From Cyanidioschyzon merolae (taxonomy: Eukaryota), in assembly GCA_000091205.1 (NCBI GenBank), contig AP006499.2: a stretch of DNA of 64,000 bases; one strand, 5' to 3'. Numbering within the stretch: the stretch's first letter is position 1; every line of letters begins with the position of its first letter. Under the pieces are notes generated by a model, which worked only from the letters and a program-made list of their open reading frames with translations, ran no database searches and was not told the DNA's origin. Shown in pieces: positions 1 through 11,428 of this stretch. The position numbers were made by a program, and so were the translations under genes.

Positions 1-1569
1 CTCGGCTGCAGTATTTTCCTTGGATTCGAGAGCCTGTTGAATCTCTTTCAGGGCTTGCTCCTTCAGACCAAGTTCTTTTTGGGAACGCTCGCACTGTTCA
101 TGTAATTCGCGCTCTCGCTTAGTGGCAGTCTCCCATGCAGATCGAACTTCGGCCAGCTCGTGCACCAGCTGAAGCTTGCTCTGCTCGAGCCGTCTCAGTT
201 CTCGTTCAAGTTGATTCGCACGTCGCTCATTCCGCTGAATTTCCTGTTTCATGGCTGCTTCGTGTCCCTCAAGCTCGTGAATGCGAGCATACAGCCGCTC
301 TGCTTGCGAATGCGCTCGCTTCTGACCGGTTGCTTGCGCCTGAGCGAAACGATGTGCGCATGCGGCAGCATGTAGAAGCGTCTGGGACAAACGTTGCTCA
401 AGTGAACGGCATTTCGCAGCGACGCCGCACTCCAGTTCAGCGCATTGTCGCTCCCATCCACACGTAAAAGAGAAGAGCGTTCGGGCAACGCCCTTGAGGC
501 CGCGTTGCCACTGCTTGGTCACGGCTTGTTCCGCACGCATCTGCTCTTCGTGCTGAATCTTCACAGTATTGAGCGTTTCGACATGGCGTTGTGCCTGTTG
601 CCGCCACTCCTGCTCTGATTGTTTGGCTTGGTCGAGCTTTTTCTGGACCTTCTCGGTGATCGATTCAAAGTGCTGGATTTGACCCTGCATGGCTTCGAAT
701 CGATGCCTGTTCTCGTCAGCTATTTTTCGCAGCTCTTCCTGGCGTTTTTCGAGGGCCTGCTCGCGGCTATTCGCGGCCTGGACGATCTCGAGAAGCTCTT
801 GCTGGAGTTTGCGCTCGGAATCCCTCGCAAGGGCCTCTTGTTCCTCAAGCTGATGACAGCGGTCCTCGAACTCACGAAGCTTTTGTCGTAGCGTCACGTT
901 TTCGCGATAGAGCGCATCCGCCTGGTGGGATTCCGCTTTTTGCGGCGGCGGCGTGCTTTCAATCGTCCTCTGGACGGTCTTGCGAAGAAGCTCGAACTCC
1001 GTCGAGAGTCGAGCACGGTCGCTCTCCCATCGCTGACGCTCCTTTTCTCGGAAACGCTCCAGCCGGACCACCACCTCAAGGAGACTTCTCGTGGGAAAGA
1101 GCGTCACACTCAGTCCGACGAACCTTGGGGGCTCGCAAAGGCGCCCACTGGTACAGCGCGCTTCAGTGGCACCTGAGACCAACCCGTGCAGCTCATTGCA
1201 GGGCTGAAAAGCGTTCATGACGGCCTCGACGTATTGCGCACAAACTAGGTCTGAGCAGCTGTTTCCCTCCTGTGTGAATAATACCCGGGAGAGAAGGCAA
1301 GCTTCGGCGACTCCAAGGTCTCGCAAACGAGCCTGCTGCGACATAGCTGAGGCTGAGCCTGGCAAGCGCCCGCCGATTCGAGGCCGGCACCCCAGCAGAT
1401 TGCAAGGAGCAAACTTGTTCCTTTGAACTTTTGGAACGTGCTTCAATACCCACCAGTTGCAAACGAAATGGAACAGTGGTATGATGACGTGCACACGCAG
1501 CAACAGGTACATCACCAGGAGGTGCCTCTGCTGCCTGAGCACGCTCGCTTTGGAGAGCGCGTAGGCCAT
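1..1569 (-). CDS. Partial gene (3' end runs off window start) encoding a coiled-coil protein with a hydrophobic N-terminal segment. Not in the supplied ORF track because no stop lies inside the window.
   Basis: Manual translation of the minus strand in one frame is open from about 1620 down to position 1 (more than 520 codons, no stops). Residues 1-1000 give heptad-like, charge-rich sequence (…LRQKLREFEDRCHQLEEQEALARDSERKLQQELLEIV…, …ELRRLEQSKLQLVHELAEVRSAWETATKRERELHEQ…). Candidate ATGs at 1569, 1513, 1359 and 1218; true start uncertain. Confidence 0.5.
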   Translation of the reverse strand, partial: MAYALSKASVLRQQRHLLVMYLLLRVHVIIPLFHFVCNWWVLKHVPKVQRNKFAPCNLLGCRPRIGGRLPGSASAMSQQARLRDLGVAEACLLSRVLFTQEGNSCSDLVCAQYVEAVMNAFQPCNELHGLVSGATEARCTSGRLCEPPRFVGLSVTLFPTRSLLEVVVRLERFREKERQRWESDRARLSTEFELLRKTVQRTIESTPPPQKAESHQADALYRENVTLRQKLREFEDRCHQLEEQEALARDSERKLQQELLEIVQAANSREQALEKRQEELRKIADENRHRFEAMQGQIQHFESITEKVQKKLDQAKQSEQEWRQQAQRHVETLNTVKIQHEEQMRAEQAVTKQWQRGLKGVARTLFSFTCGWERQCAELECGVAAKCRSLEQRLSQTLLHAAACAHRFAQAQATGQKRAHSQAERLYARIHELEGHEAAMKQEIQRNERRANQLERELRRLEQSKLQLVHELAEVRSAWETATKRERELHEQCERSQKELGLKEQALKEIQQALESKENTAAE

Positions 1570-3252
1570 GGCGATTTGAATCTGAGTGCCGATCCAGCGA
1601 TCGCGCCGTGCATCCAGTCCCAGTCGCTTGAGCTGGACATTTGAGGAGCGGGAACGATCCTACGCCCCGCGCGTGACGGAAGGTGTTTATGTCCGTAAAT
1701 ATTCCATATTGAACAGAAAGGTGCAAACATCACGCATCAGCGTCAGGGCCCTCGGAACAGGAATCAAGTCGCCAGGGCACGCCCAGCAGAAAGCGAGCCG
1801 TTCTCGAGCCGATGCCTCGAAGCTCTTGCGTCGAGCCTCGTGGGCGTATGTCGAAATCCGGGAGCTTTTGCGGATGCTAAGCGATGTTCGTGAGACGTCG
1901 GCGGTGCGCTCAGCACCCGCCGGAGCTTCGGATTCACGTAATATCTATTCTCGGCAAGAAGACTGGTCTGGGGTCCATAACGCGGGGAAGAAGCGGGGTA
2001 GCAACAATGATCTCTTCTCTGGTTGCCATATCCAAGCAGTCATGTGTTGGAGGTATCTGTTTAGGTTCGATGTTTCTGCACCGTGAAAAATTCGTTCTCA
2101 GTTATCGATTGCGCACGCAGGTCACTGGCAGGCGGGCAGGCGAGTTCATTATCACAATCGGTAGCTCCTGTGCCGCGCCGAGTTTGCCCGCGAAAAACAA
2201 ATATGGGGTCTTCAGTGCAACGCGGCCTTTTACAAGTCTATGCGTCCGCTTGCAAGGGTACTGCAGCTATTCGCTCCAGGCGAATGCGTGCACATCGATC
2301 CACCGGGCCGAGCGGTTATATCGCTCGCAGTCACGTACCTGCTGTCCGCGCTGCGGTTTCCCGGGCCTTCATGAACGGGTTCGCGTCTCGGGTGAATGAT
2401 TTGGCGGGATCGTGATTGCAATGCGACTTGGGTATGACGCAAATCGCTCACCAAAAGCTATCAGGAGAACGTGGACCCAAGGTCTCGCAGCCTTAGATCA
2501 GGTACATCGACAAGTCGGGCAAAGCGTGTTCAACGCTTCTGCTGCTCCTGGAACGCAGACAAACAGCTACAGCTACAGCGCAAAGATGCCCCGACGTGTG
2601 AATATTTCGGGCACTGCGCACAGTGCGGCGACTCCCGGCGTCCAAAACGCCTGCACGAACATGCTCATACTTCCACTCGACATGGGTAGCCAAAGCACCA
2701 GTTCCAATACTTCTCGGCCTTTGCGTGCAGCAACTCGATGAGACAAGTCCATTGCGAGCAGGTGCGATTCGACGCGATCCAGCGATAACCGTTCTGCCCA
2801 TCATAAAGCATCGTCCGGTAAAGCGCATCCATGCCGTTGTCCGAGGAGCGTGAGCAAGTTCCGCGCTCGCCTTGTTGCCTTTCGGCAGACCGCGTGCGGT
2901 GCTGACGTTTCAAGGCCAGCTCGTTTTGCGCCGCTACCTCCGTGCGACGTTGATCACATGGCGATCCTACTGACCCGCTTTCGCACTTTGTCAGTGCCGC
3001 ATGAAGGGACGCCCGTCATCAAGGATCGTCCTTATGCGCTTGAGTGCCTGTATCCGAGCATCTCACATGCCACTGGGTCGAGCGCGGGTCGTCGACGCAC
3101 CCGAACCTGGTCGCTTTCGCGTTACAGCCTCACGGATGCAGCGCTGGCAGCGCTTCATGTTCGCAAGAAGAGCGCATTAGCATATCTAGCAGAAAGCTGT
3201 CTACAACGCATGATGCTGTGGCTTCAAAAACATCATGCAACCCAGCAGGCAA

Positions 3253-4509
3253 CTAAAGAGAGCTGGATTCAAGTAGGCATTCTCCGCGATACACGAAGTT
3301 CGCTGGGCCAGTCATATACACGTGACGATTCTCTGGACTCCAGTATATTTCCAAATCACCACCGGGCAGATGGACAACGCAAGCATCCGCTGAGACTGGA
3401 TCACCGGATGCGCCCGCTCCTTGCGACGGAATACGACCAGATATCGTGGCAGCCACAACCGCTGCGCAAGCGCCAGTCCCGCAAGCCATCGTTCGCCCGG
3501 CGCCTCGTTCCCACACCGACATCCGTAGATCCCGCGGCCCGCAAACCTCAATAAACTCTGTATTCGTTCGGCGTGGGAAGCAGTGATGCGTCTCGAACAT
3601 TGGCCCAATTCTCTCCAGATTGGCATCGACCCACGCAAAGGTTTTCTGGTCGACAAAGATCACACAATGCGGATTCCCCATGGACACCGCCGTGCATCGC
3701 CAGACAAACTCGCTCGCACCGCAGCACTCTGGAGGTGGCAGCGGCAAGCGAGCAGCCGCAATGTCTTCCGCAGTGCTACCGTCCAGTGGGACCTCGACTG
3801 CAGCCTTGACGTCGGCGATGCGCCGCGACCCCGGCAGCGTGGTCGGAACGCACTGCGGGTCGAGGATCGGCGGCCCCATGTCAACACAGACTCGACCGTC
3901 GGAGAGCACCCGAGGCCGAATGTATCCTGCTCCGGTTTCGATGCTCAGGGCACCGTCACCAAAGGTGGAGGCCTCGTTCGGACCGGCGGCGGAGTCGTTG
4001 CACACATCAACCGCGTACTTGGCAACACAGCGGATACCGTTGCCACACATCTCCGGCTCGCTTCCGTCGGCGTTCACAATGCGCACCCTAAAGTCAGCAC
4101 CACTGCTTATTGCTGGGAGCAGAAGAATGACCCCATCCGCACCAATACCCCGGTGTCGGTCGCAGAGCCGCACGGCTTGCGCTGTATCCACCTCAGGCCA
4201 GGCGCACTTGCGTTGATCAACTAGGATGAAGTCGTTTCCTAGACCTTCATACTTCACGAACTGCAGCCAAGGGAAAGCCTTGGGGGATGTGGGCTTGCCA
4301 TCGCGCGCATCTCTCACCCCAGTGACCTGCATTGCAAAGCGTCGCGTTGTTGAGGAGACGGCGCACCGCGCAGCCCGGGTACCGGGCTGCTGCGACCCCA
4401 ACTCGACAGGTACTCGGATTTGGCGCCACCAAGTGGACCGCCCTGTGCAGGAGTGTCGCTCGCTCAACCTGTACTTCGAAGTGTTCGTGAGGCAACTGCT
4501 ACAAAACAT
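3253..4509 (-). CDS. dapF: Diaminopimelate epimerase (DapF) with an N-terminal presequence of about 65 aa.
   Basis: Conserved DapF blocks: KYEGLGNDFILVD, IGADGVILL, and the active-site motif EMCGNGIRC. The ORF-track start at 4602 is GTG. The first ATG (verified) is at 4509 and gives MFCSSCLTNTSKYR…, a Ser/Thr/Arg-rich presequence with Phe at position 2. Confidence 0.8.
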   Translation of the reverse strand: MFCSSCLTNTSKYRLSERHSCTGRSTWWRQIRVPVELGSQQPGTRAARCAVSSTTRRFAMQVTGVRDARDGKPTSPKAFPWLQFVKYEGLGNDFILVDQRKCAWPEVDTAQAVRLCDRHRGIGADGVILLLPAISSGADFRVRIVNADGSEPEMCGNGIRCVAKYAVDVCNDSAAGPNEASTFGDGALSIETGAGYIRPRVLSDGRVCVDMGPPILDPQCVPTTLPGSRRIADVKAAVEVPLDGSTAEDIAAARLPLPPPECCGASEFVWRCTAVSMGNPHCVIFVDQKTFAWVDANLERIGPMFETHHCFPRRTNTEFIEVCGPRDLRMSVWERGAGRTMACGTGACAAVVAATISGRIPSQGAGASGDPVSADACVVHLPGGDLEIYWSPENRHVYMTGPANFVYRGECLLESSSL

Positions 4510-7500
4510 TCGGGAGCTTGGCGTTGGGACGCTGCGTAGACGCGCTACTTCTACGAACGCGCTGCGGAATGTTTTTGTGCAACGGGCTGTGCTTGCGCAC
4601 ACGCCATAGTCCGCTATGTCTCATAATGACGCGACGTCGCGCACGACGTGCCCGCGCTGCGTCTGCGTTCGCTTCAAAAAAGGAGAAACTGACCTGCTCG
4701 CCATGTTCTCGCATTTGGATGTTTTTCCAAACAGTTTTAGATGTATATCCTTGACTTTTTTAGTGCATCGATGAGGGATGAAGCATTCATGTGTATTTTA
4801 AGGATTCTCCGATTTCTCGTTGGCGTGGCTCCTTCGATATGGTGCGACTGGAATTCTCTGCCTCAGCGGAATCCAGTCATGAGTACTCGCGGAGCCTTTG
4901 TACCAGAGTTCGTAAATGACTGATAACATTCTCCGATCGACATGTGCAAGCGACGCGTAGATCCTAACTTTCCACTGCGCATGAGATGCGTGAATAACTG
5001 CCGGAAGCGGCGCAATAGGGAGTTAATCGATGTCGTCAACATTTGTCGACTGCTGACAACGAAGCTGAAGAGTAAGGAGTGACCGGCGTGTTTAAAGTCG
5101 GCGATAAGGCGAAGAATATTGATGCATTTTGCAGAAAAACCTCCCAAAGGCAAGTCCTGATGATACTTGAAAATGACCTAAACTTTCGTGATGACGCTCG
5201 GGTTAGCAAAGAGGATTCGTTGCATTCTATTCTGACATGCGTGCAGTCGTGTGTATTCTCTAGAAGCGCTTGCAGTTTGAATTTTGTTTAGTGAGCAGTT
5301 TGTGCATGAGATTCACTCGGATACTTATCGATAACCATGGCCAGCGCTCTTCTCTGATCCGTACAATAGCGCAGATCGAAGGAAGAGAGCAAGTTGGAGC
5401 GCTTCCAGATACAACAAGCCCTGAATACTATTTTATGGAGTTCTCTTTACTGCTCGTATTTTGGCACGCTGGAAACCGCTCATGTGCATGAAATACAGTG
5501 CTCATGCCTCCATAGATGCTGGCTCGCGCGCCGCACTGATTACTCGTGTCCGTGTGGACATGCCCTGAAGCACGACATCGTGCAGCAGTGTTTCGTTCGA
5601 TCTCTGCTTTGCAGCGGAGGGAGAATACAGCTGCCGAAGAGCTTCCGCGGCGCTTGAGTGGTTTGCCCTCAGTTCGCGGGGGAACGGAAAGCACACGTTG
5701 CTTTCATGCGTCAGTGCTGTGCTTTGAACGTCTGCGACAGAGGCCTCTTTCGTACGCCATGTTCTGTCATATGCGAACGAGTTACGTCTCGCATCTGGAG
5801 AACGAGATTTTGCTCGGATGCCGAAAGGAGTTCACCTCAGTGGAATCGTCAGGCCAGATAGACTTCTTCCTCCGGGACGCCTACATAGACGGAAAACGCA
5901 CTGGGAAGCTACATGCATGCGATTGTGGAGCTTCGTATGTAGTGTGTACGCAACCGTCACAATGTTCGGGTTTTTCAAAAATGCTGCTTCCGGCCCAGGT
6001 CAGGGTCCCTCCAGTCCGGATACGTGGTACACTCAGTTTGCATTCGCGGCACGTAATCAAGAAGCGTTCGCTATGGTTCGGAAGCAGTCGAGCTTCACAG
6101 CAAAGAAATCTTGCTATTACTTGGTTTTATGGGCAACTTCGTGCCTATATAGTTCCTGAGGAGCAATAAGACAGGGCTTGAAACGAGCATCTCGGTCGGA
6201 GTTTAGCAGCAAGTTCGAGCTACTGGCACGCTCTGGTCTCGGCGCATGATCGCTAGCCCCCTACACAGCGCATTGCTGCATAAAAGCGCTAACTTGTGGA
6301 GCTCTCAATGCTCTCCTTCGGTCACGAGCCGATCTCAAGTCGAGTTTCCGACGACGTATGCCGCCTCGGCACATACCCTTGTATTCCAGATACAGACATG
6401 AGGACCATATCCAGCATGGATCGCCATAGCGCATCAGGCGAGTTGCCGGACCTGTAACATCCTACGAACAGGCATGCGATCCTGTCGGAAGCTTGCGTTG
6501 CTCTCATCGGCGAAAGTCACGTTTTCGGATCTCGGAACCGTTCGAATGATGACAGGTTTCGGCCCCGTGTTTCTAGGGATTCAGATGCCTCTGCCCAGGT
6601 CGTTTCGGCGAGCTTCACAGCTAAATACGTCCAAGCGGGTGCTCGCGAAATGTTCTTAACTGTTCACGATCGACAACCAAGTTAGAGAAAGCAGGAACGC
6701 AGCCCGTGCGTGCGTCGTCGAGTGGACTAGAGAAAGAACCTGACTTCCGTCCGTCTTTTCTGTATGGTGGGCATTCCGCCTCGATCTGAACCGCGGGAAT
6801 AACAGTGATGCGCGCTGACGGCTTGACGTTGGAAAGCGAGCCGGTGACATTGAAGTGCCCGACCAGTCAGCCAGAACCGGCGTCATTGTGATTCCATGAA
6901 GAGCTCCACGGCCGAGGGCAGCCTCAAGAGCTGCGGTCATCACACTGACACGCTACACTGCTAAGGAGCTGTTCGAAGGAAGTGATGACATGTTGGCGCT
7001 CCAACGAGACAACTGGACAGGGCTCGGGTGTATTGTCGATGATGGTGCACCGATCCGTTGGCCGCGACACACGACACGCGGCAAGGGAGTCTGTCGATAC
7101 GCCCTCACGGTTTGAGTTCACCATGTGTGCGCTTTTGTGTAGTCAGATGAGTATACGGCTTCATTCCTGTCGCAGACTAGAAGTATGAGCGAAACGAACC
7201 CGATCAGTTTCTTTCATAGAAGATCTGATCTCAGTGATTCTTTCACGCCTTCACTTTTTCCGCCCGCATACCATTTTCGCTCGCTAGAACTGCGTGCCGT
7301 GCAGGAGCCTACGCATCGCTCACGCACCGCGGCATTTTACCCGAGAACTTGTCCATCAGTGAAGAGAAAAACTTTCTGTTTTTCCTGTGGACCTCCCTTC
7401 CTCATATGAGCGTTGTCGCCAACGCGGAATCGGCACCAGTGCTTCCAAAGACGAACCGTGTCCTCTGCGCCGTGCTCTCCACAGTAGACACGCTCGCTCC

Positions 7501-7941
7501 AGTTCAAGTACTGATGGATCCGCGCATCCACGTGGCAGGCTCACACAATACGTGCACTGAGTACGTGTCTGCACGAGAGACGTGCCTGTCCAGCGCTCTC
7601 TTGATGCACCGGTGTTCCAGCAACCGCCAGAAGTAACCCCCTCTACGCGGAAAAAGTTGCTCGGTTGCGAGGCGTATAAAAATGCTTTTTGGCTTCTTCG
7701 TTATTGTGAGCCCCGTGTCATCGATCCCAAAGTATCAGTTTGCGACTTGCTGCGAAAAGAAAACGTCTGGTACGCAGTCGAAGTCCCACTGCAGAACGTC
7801 GTCGCAGTACTTGCTCCGGTGGCGGCGTCTCGCCGTCGATAACGTATCGTTGCGGCCGCATGTTGGCAAAGCGATGCTCTCGGCAGCCCAGCGAGGCAAA
7901 CTCACCTGCTTCTTGCTTCAACAACAGCAACCTCATGGATA

Positions 7942-9495
7942 ATGTTTTGCCAGTCTATGGGGATACGCTGTGGTTTTCTCCTATTGTCGTTGACCTCCCA
8001 GGTGGTCAAAGGGGCCCCTCGTTGGTTGTGTAGGAAGAAGCGAAGTCACGTAGCCGCCACTGGCGTTTGTGCAGCAGTATTCCAACGGTCGGGGGTCTGG
8101 CGCAGCCCCAGGATGCTACACTCCGAAACTTCTGGTGCTGCGTCTGATGATCGCAAATCAGCGCTGTTGCAAAAACCAGGCTCGGCAAGCAAGCTTCTGG
8201 AAGCTTGCCTCTCTGCGGACGGCTGTCTGGAAACTAGTCTTGGCCCGGAAACTTTCTCTGAGGTGCTGGAAACACTGTGCCGGCAGAACGCAACGAAGCA
8301 CGCACGCACCCTGATAAACGCACTTTGTAAGGGGCAGAGCCATTCGACGGTATTCGCAGCCGATGAACATATCATGCGGGTGCTGCCAACTTATGTAGAC
8401 CTAGTGCGACGCGAGCGTGATCTCGAGGCGCTGAACGTTATTCGAGAAGCCCTTGAACAAGGCAAGTTTGGTCACGCTCTGCAGAAAGTGACGCTGGTTG
8501 AGCAAGTGTATCTCTCGAGTGTTCAGCTCGCTATAGAACGTGAGCAGCTAGAGGAGGCTGTTGCGACGATGAAAGCGCTCCGTCGCTTTGCTCGACGGCC
8601 GTCGACGCCGTGTCCGCCACCCGGCGAATCCTCCGACGGAAGTGAATCACTGACATCAAACTTCGACGCAGTGGCTCAGCAGTTCGAGTCCGAACGAACC
8701 GAACGCTTTTGTAAGACGATGCGCATGTTTAGCAAGGCCCGAGACTTTCGCGGCCTCTTCCTCACCATGGATGCTGTACAGCTTTGCGGTTTGAGCTTGA
8801 GCGCCGCGGTTCTGGATTGCCTTGCCCAGTGTGCCGTCCGTGAAGTGAGTTTTGTTACCGGTGCTGTATCCATGGACACAATGCCGGATGGGCGCTTCCC
8901 CGAAGCAGCGTTTTTCGGACGCTCCAATGTGGGAAAGAGCTCCCTGGTGAACATGGTGATTGGTCGCAAAGCGCTTGCGAAAACGAGCAAGACTCCCGGT
9001 AAGACCAAGCAATACAACTTCTATCTTGTCAATGAGGGCGACCCAACGAACGCTTTTTACCTCGTAGACTTACCTGGTGCAGGCTATGCCAAAGTCTCAA
9101 AGGGACAACGGTTGGAGTGGGAGCGAATGTTTGGGAGTTATGTACGGGAGCGCAAGAAATTGCGAGTACTCTTTCATCTAATCGATAGTCAGACGGGTCC
9201 GCTAGAAGAAGATGCACGTCTGATGTCCTCGCTCGCGGGGACATTGCCTGTGAATGAGGGTCGCGGGAAAACTCAGGGGAATCGCGCGCTGCACTATGTT
9301 GTAGTTCTGACCAAGATCGACAAACAAGACGGTTCGGTACCGCCTTCTGTCTTCGATCGGTTGGAGCAGGTCTTAGAGAGCACCGGTCTGTTGAGTTCGC
9401 GCGAAATTCCGGTTTTGACTACTTCAGCACAAACAAAAGCCGGCCGCGAAGCTGTCTGGCAGTATCTACGTCTGCTCCATAAACACTGGCGCTAG
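7942..9495 (+). CDS. EngB/YihA/YsxC-type ribosome-biogenesis GTPase with a helical N-terminal extension of about 320 aa. Organellar type.
   Basis: C-terminal third matches the EngB G-domain: FFGRSNVGKSSLVN (G1), KTPGKTK, DLPGAGYAKVS (G3), VLTKIDK (G4). ATG at 7942 verified. N-terminus MFCQSMGIRCGFLLLSLTS… is presequence-like. Confidence 0.75.
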   Translation: MFCQSMGIRCGFLLLSLTSQVVKGAPRWLCRKKRSHVAATGVCAAVFQRSGVWRSPRMLHSETSGAASDDRKSALLQKPGSASKLLEACLSADGCLETSLGPETFSEVLETLCRQNATKHARTLINALCKGQSHSTVFAADEHIMRVLPTYVDLVRRERDLEALNVIREALEQGKFGHALQKVTLVEQVYLSSVQLAIEREQLEEAVATMKALRRFARRPSTPCPPPGESSDGSESLTSNFDAVAQQFESERTERFCKTMRMFSKARDFRGLFLTMDAVQLCGLSLSAAVLDCLAQCAVREVSFVTGAVSMDTMPDGRFPEAAFFGRSNVGKSSLVNMVIGRKALAKTSKTPGKTKQYNFYLVNEGDPTNAFYLVDLPGAGYAKVSKGQRLEWERMFGSYVRERKKLRVLFHLIDSQTGPLEEDARLMSSLAGTLPVNEGRGKTQGNRALHYVVVLTKIDKQDGSVPPSVFDRLEQVLESTGLLSSREIPVLTTSAQTKAGREAVWQYLRLLHKHWR

Positions 9496-9616
9496 GGCAC
9501 AGGCGATGCAGTCGAACTATGCCACGGACTCGTTCCGCCGGACGTGGCGCGAGGCGCTCAGTCGCCTTTCGCACGGCTGGATTCATTGACATTCGGGGAC
9601 GCACTGAACAACTAAA

Positions 9617-10200
9617 GACTAAATGGCCGTAGGATCGCTTTTTATTAGGACCCGTACAGAGCCCAAGGGACGCATTCGCCTGATCGCCGGTGGAAATACA
9701 GACTGAATGGTCGTAGGATCGCTTTTTATTAGGACCCGTACAGAGCCCAAGGGACGCATTCGCCTGATCGCCAGTGGAAATACAGACTGAATGGTCGTAG
9801 GATCGCTTTTTATTAGGACCCGTACAGAGCCCAAGGGACGCATTCGCCTGATCGCCAGTGGAAATGCAGACTGAATGGCCGTAGAATCGCTTTTTATTAG
9901 GACCCGTACAGAGCCCAAGGGACGCATTCGCCTGATCGCCAGTGGAAATACAGACTGAATGGCCGTAGAATCGCTTTTTATTAGGACCCGTACAGAGCCC
10001 AAGGGACGCATTCGCCTGATCGCCAGTGGAAATACAGACTGAATGGTCGTAGGATCGCTTTTTATTAGGACCCGTACAGAGCCCAAGGGACGCATTCGCC
10101 TGATCGCCAGTGGAAATACAGACTGAATGGTCGTAGGATCGCTTTTTATTAGGACCCGTACAGAGCCCAAGGGACGCATTCGCCTGATCGCCAGTGGAAA
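9617..10200. repeat. Tandem minisatellite, 84-bp unit, about 7 copies (about 95% identical).
   Basis: Unit GACTGAATGG(T/C)CGTAG(G/A)ATCGCTTTTTATTAGGACCCGTACAGAGCCCAAGGGACGCATTCGCCTGATCGCC(A/G)GTGGAAAT(A/G)CA repeats with period 84 (copies start about 9617, 9701, 9785, 9869, 9953, 10037, 10121). It keeps two minus-strand frames open, which produces artefactual ORFs 9419..10729 and 9619..10323. Confidence 0.95.
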
Positions 10201-10559
10201 GCAACTTGTATCGCCGCGTTGTTCGAGCCCCGAATGCAGGCTCGATACTCGTTTCCCTGACGACTGCAGAGGATTTGTGCGTGCAAGATGCGCACGTGCC
10301 GTGCATCCGAAACATGGACGCATCTGGTAAGCGTGCCTCTGTCAAAGCACATGAAAAGCTCGGCGATGACTGCGTGATCAGGTATGTATCAGATACGGGA
10401 TACGTCTGCGTTTCCTGCTGCTTCCACGACAAATGCTCGTATGTGCGACAGACGTACGGCCTACCGGATGGAGGGAAGCGCTTGTGCGAGCCTTTCCCCG
10501 TTGGTAAAGTTAGATACATCACGCTGGATCGCGGGTCATCGAAGAATACCATCCAATGC

Positions 10560-10760
10560 ATACGTATGCTTGTCGAGTTGCAACAGATCTGATTTGGAGA
10601 TCCATCCATGCACGCGATGATCCTCACACATGTGCGTGCGTCGATTCTTTGATCCATCCATGCACGCATCTCTCCATCGATCAAACCATGCGTGCACTCA
10701 TTGTCACAAGCATGCACGCATCGCTCCATCGATTTCTCTATTCACGAATGAACGCCTCAT
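10560..10760. repeat. Degenerate short repeats rich in CCATGCACGC / GCATGCACGCATC. A low-complexity block about 0.7-0.9 kb upstream of the BEM46-like gene.
   Basis: Recurring 'tccatccatgcacgc', 'ccatgcgtgcactc', 'gcatgcacgcatcgctccatcgat'. Translation shows reiterated IHPCTHLSIDQ / MHASLHRF. Confidence 0.7.
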
Positions 10761-11428
10761 CAAGAATTTCTTATAGTGCACGATCAGTGTAGAAATCCGA
10801 TTTACAGGGCGTGTAGTTGCTTCCACCACCCATTGAAAAGGCTTTCTTCTTCTACATCTGTATCTCCGTTTACCTAGCCAGAGACCAGTTTCCCAGTGGC
10901 GCGCTGTGAGGGCGCCATATGCGAGCGTCGTATAGCGCACGCCAGAATGCCAGCAGGCATACCGGCTGGTGCTCGGCGACGCCCCGCCGATGAATCCGCG
11001 GCTGCGTGCACGATCGCCATCCGATCCCCACATGACGTCGATCGACGCGATGGTTGCAAGAAGCGGCTTGTGAACGCGTACTCGTTTCGTATAAGAACGC
11101 TGCTTTGATGACACCAGCTCATAGTGACAGGCCCTGTGCAGCGTTTGCGTTTGGCTACGGTGTCTTTGTTCCTTTGAACTTCGCGAGTGTTCGGGGCAGC
11201 TGGCGCGGGCGGACTTGCACATCCGCCCGCCGATGGTTCCCTGGAACCGCAGGCTTTGTTCGCCGGACACCTCTGCGGCCGGAGCGTTCAGCACCGAGTC
11301 ACCTACGTACAGATTCGTACCAGCCTTGGCTCTGGGCATGCAATGCGAATGAAGATGCAGAAGCTCCTTCTTCGGGATCCGTGCGAGATGACGTGGCGGA
11401 AACGCAACTTCGGGAGCAGGTGTTGGTT

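Noticed and set aside
1193-2086. ORFs 1193..1726 (-) and 1586..2086 (+).
   Set aside because: 1193..1726 is frame-shifted relative to the long stop-free coiled-coil frame that occupies the same DNA. Neither has recognisable protein features.
6520-6540. Short match to the 5S rRNA internal sequence (gatctcggaa).
   Set aside because: Only a 10-11 nt coincidence. The flanking sequence does not match 5S rRNA consensus or length.
8680-8705. tRNA B-box-like 'cagttcgagtccg'.
   Set aside because: Lies inside the EngB coding sequence (AVAQQFESERTE). No A-box or cloverleaf could be assembled around it.
9419-10729. 436-aa minus-strand ORF with 28-aa tandem repeats (GDQANASLGLCTGPNKKRSYDHSVCIST x7), and the parallel ORF 9619..10323.
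   Set aside because: Produced purely by the 84-bp minisatellite (unit divisible by 3, no stop in two minus frames). It overlaps the 3' end of the EngB gene, has an AT-rich unit (ctttttattagg) unlike local coding composition, and has no credible non-repeat domain.
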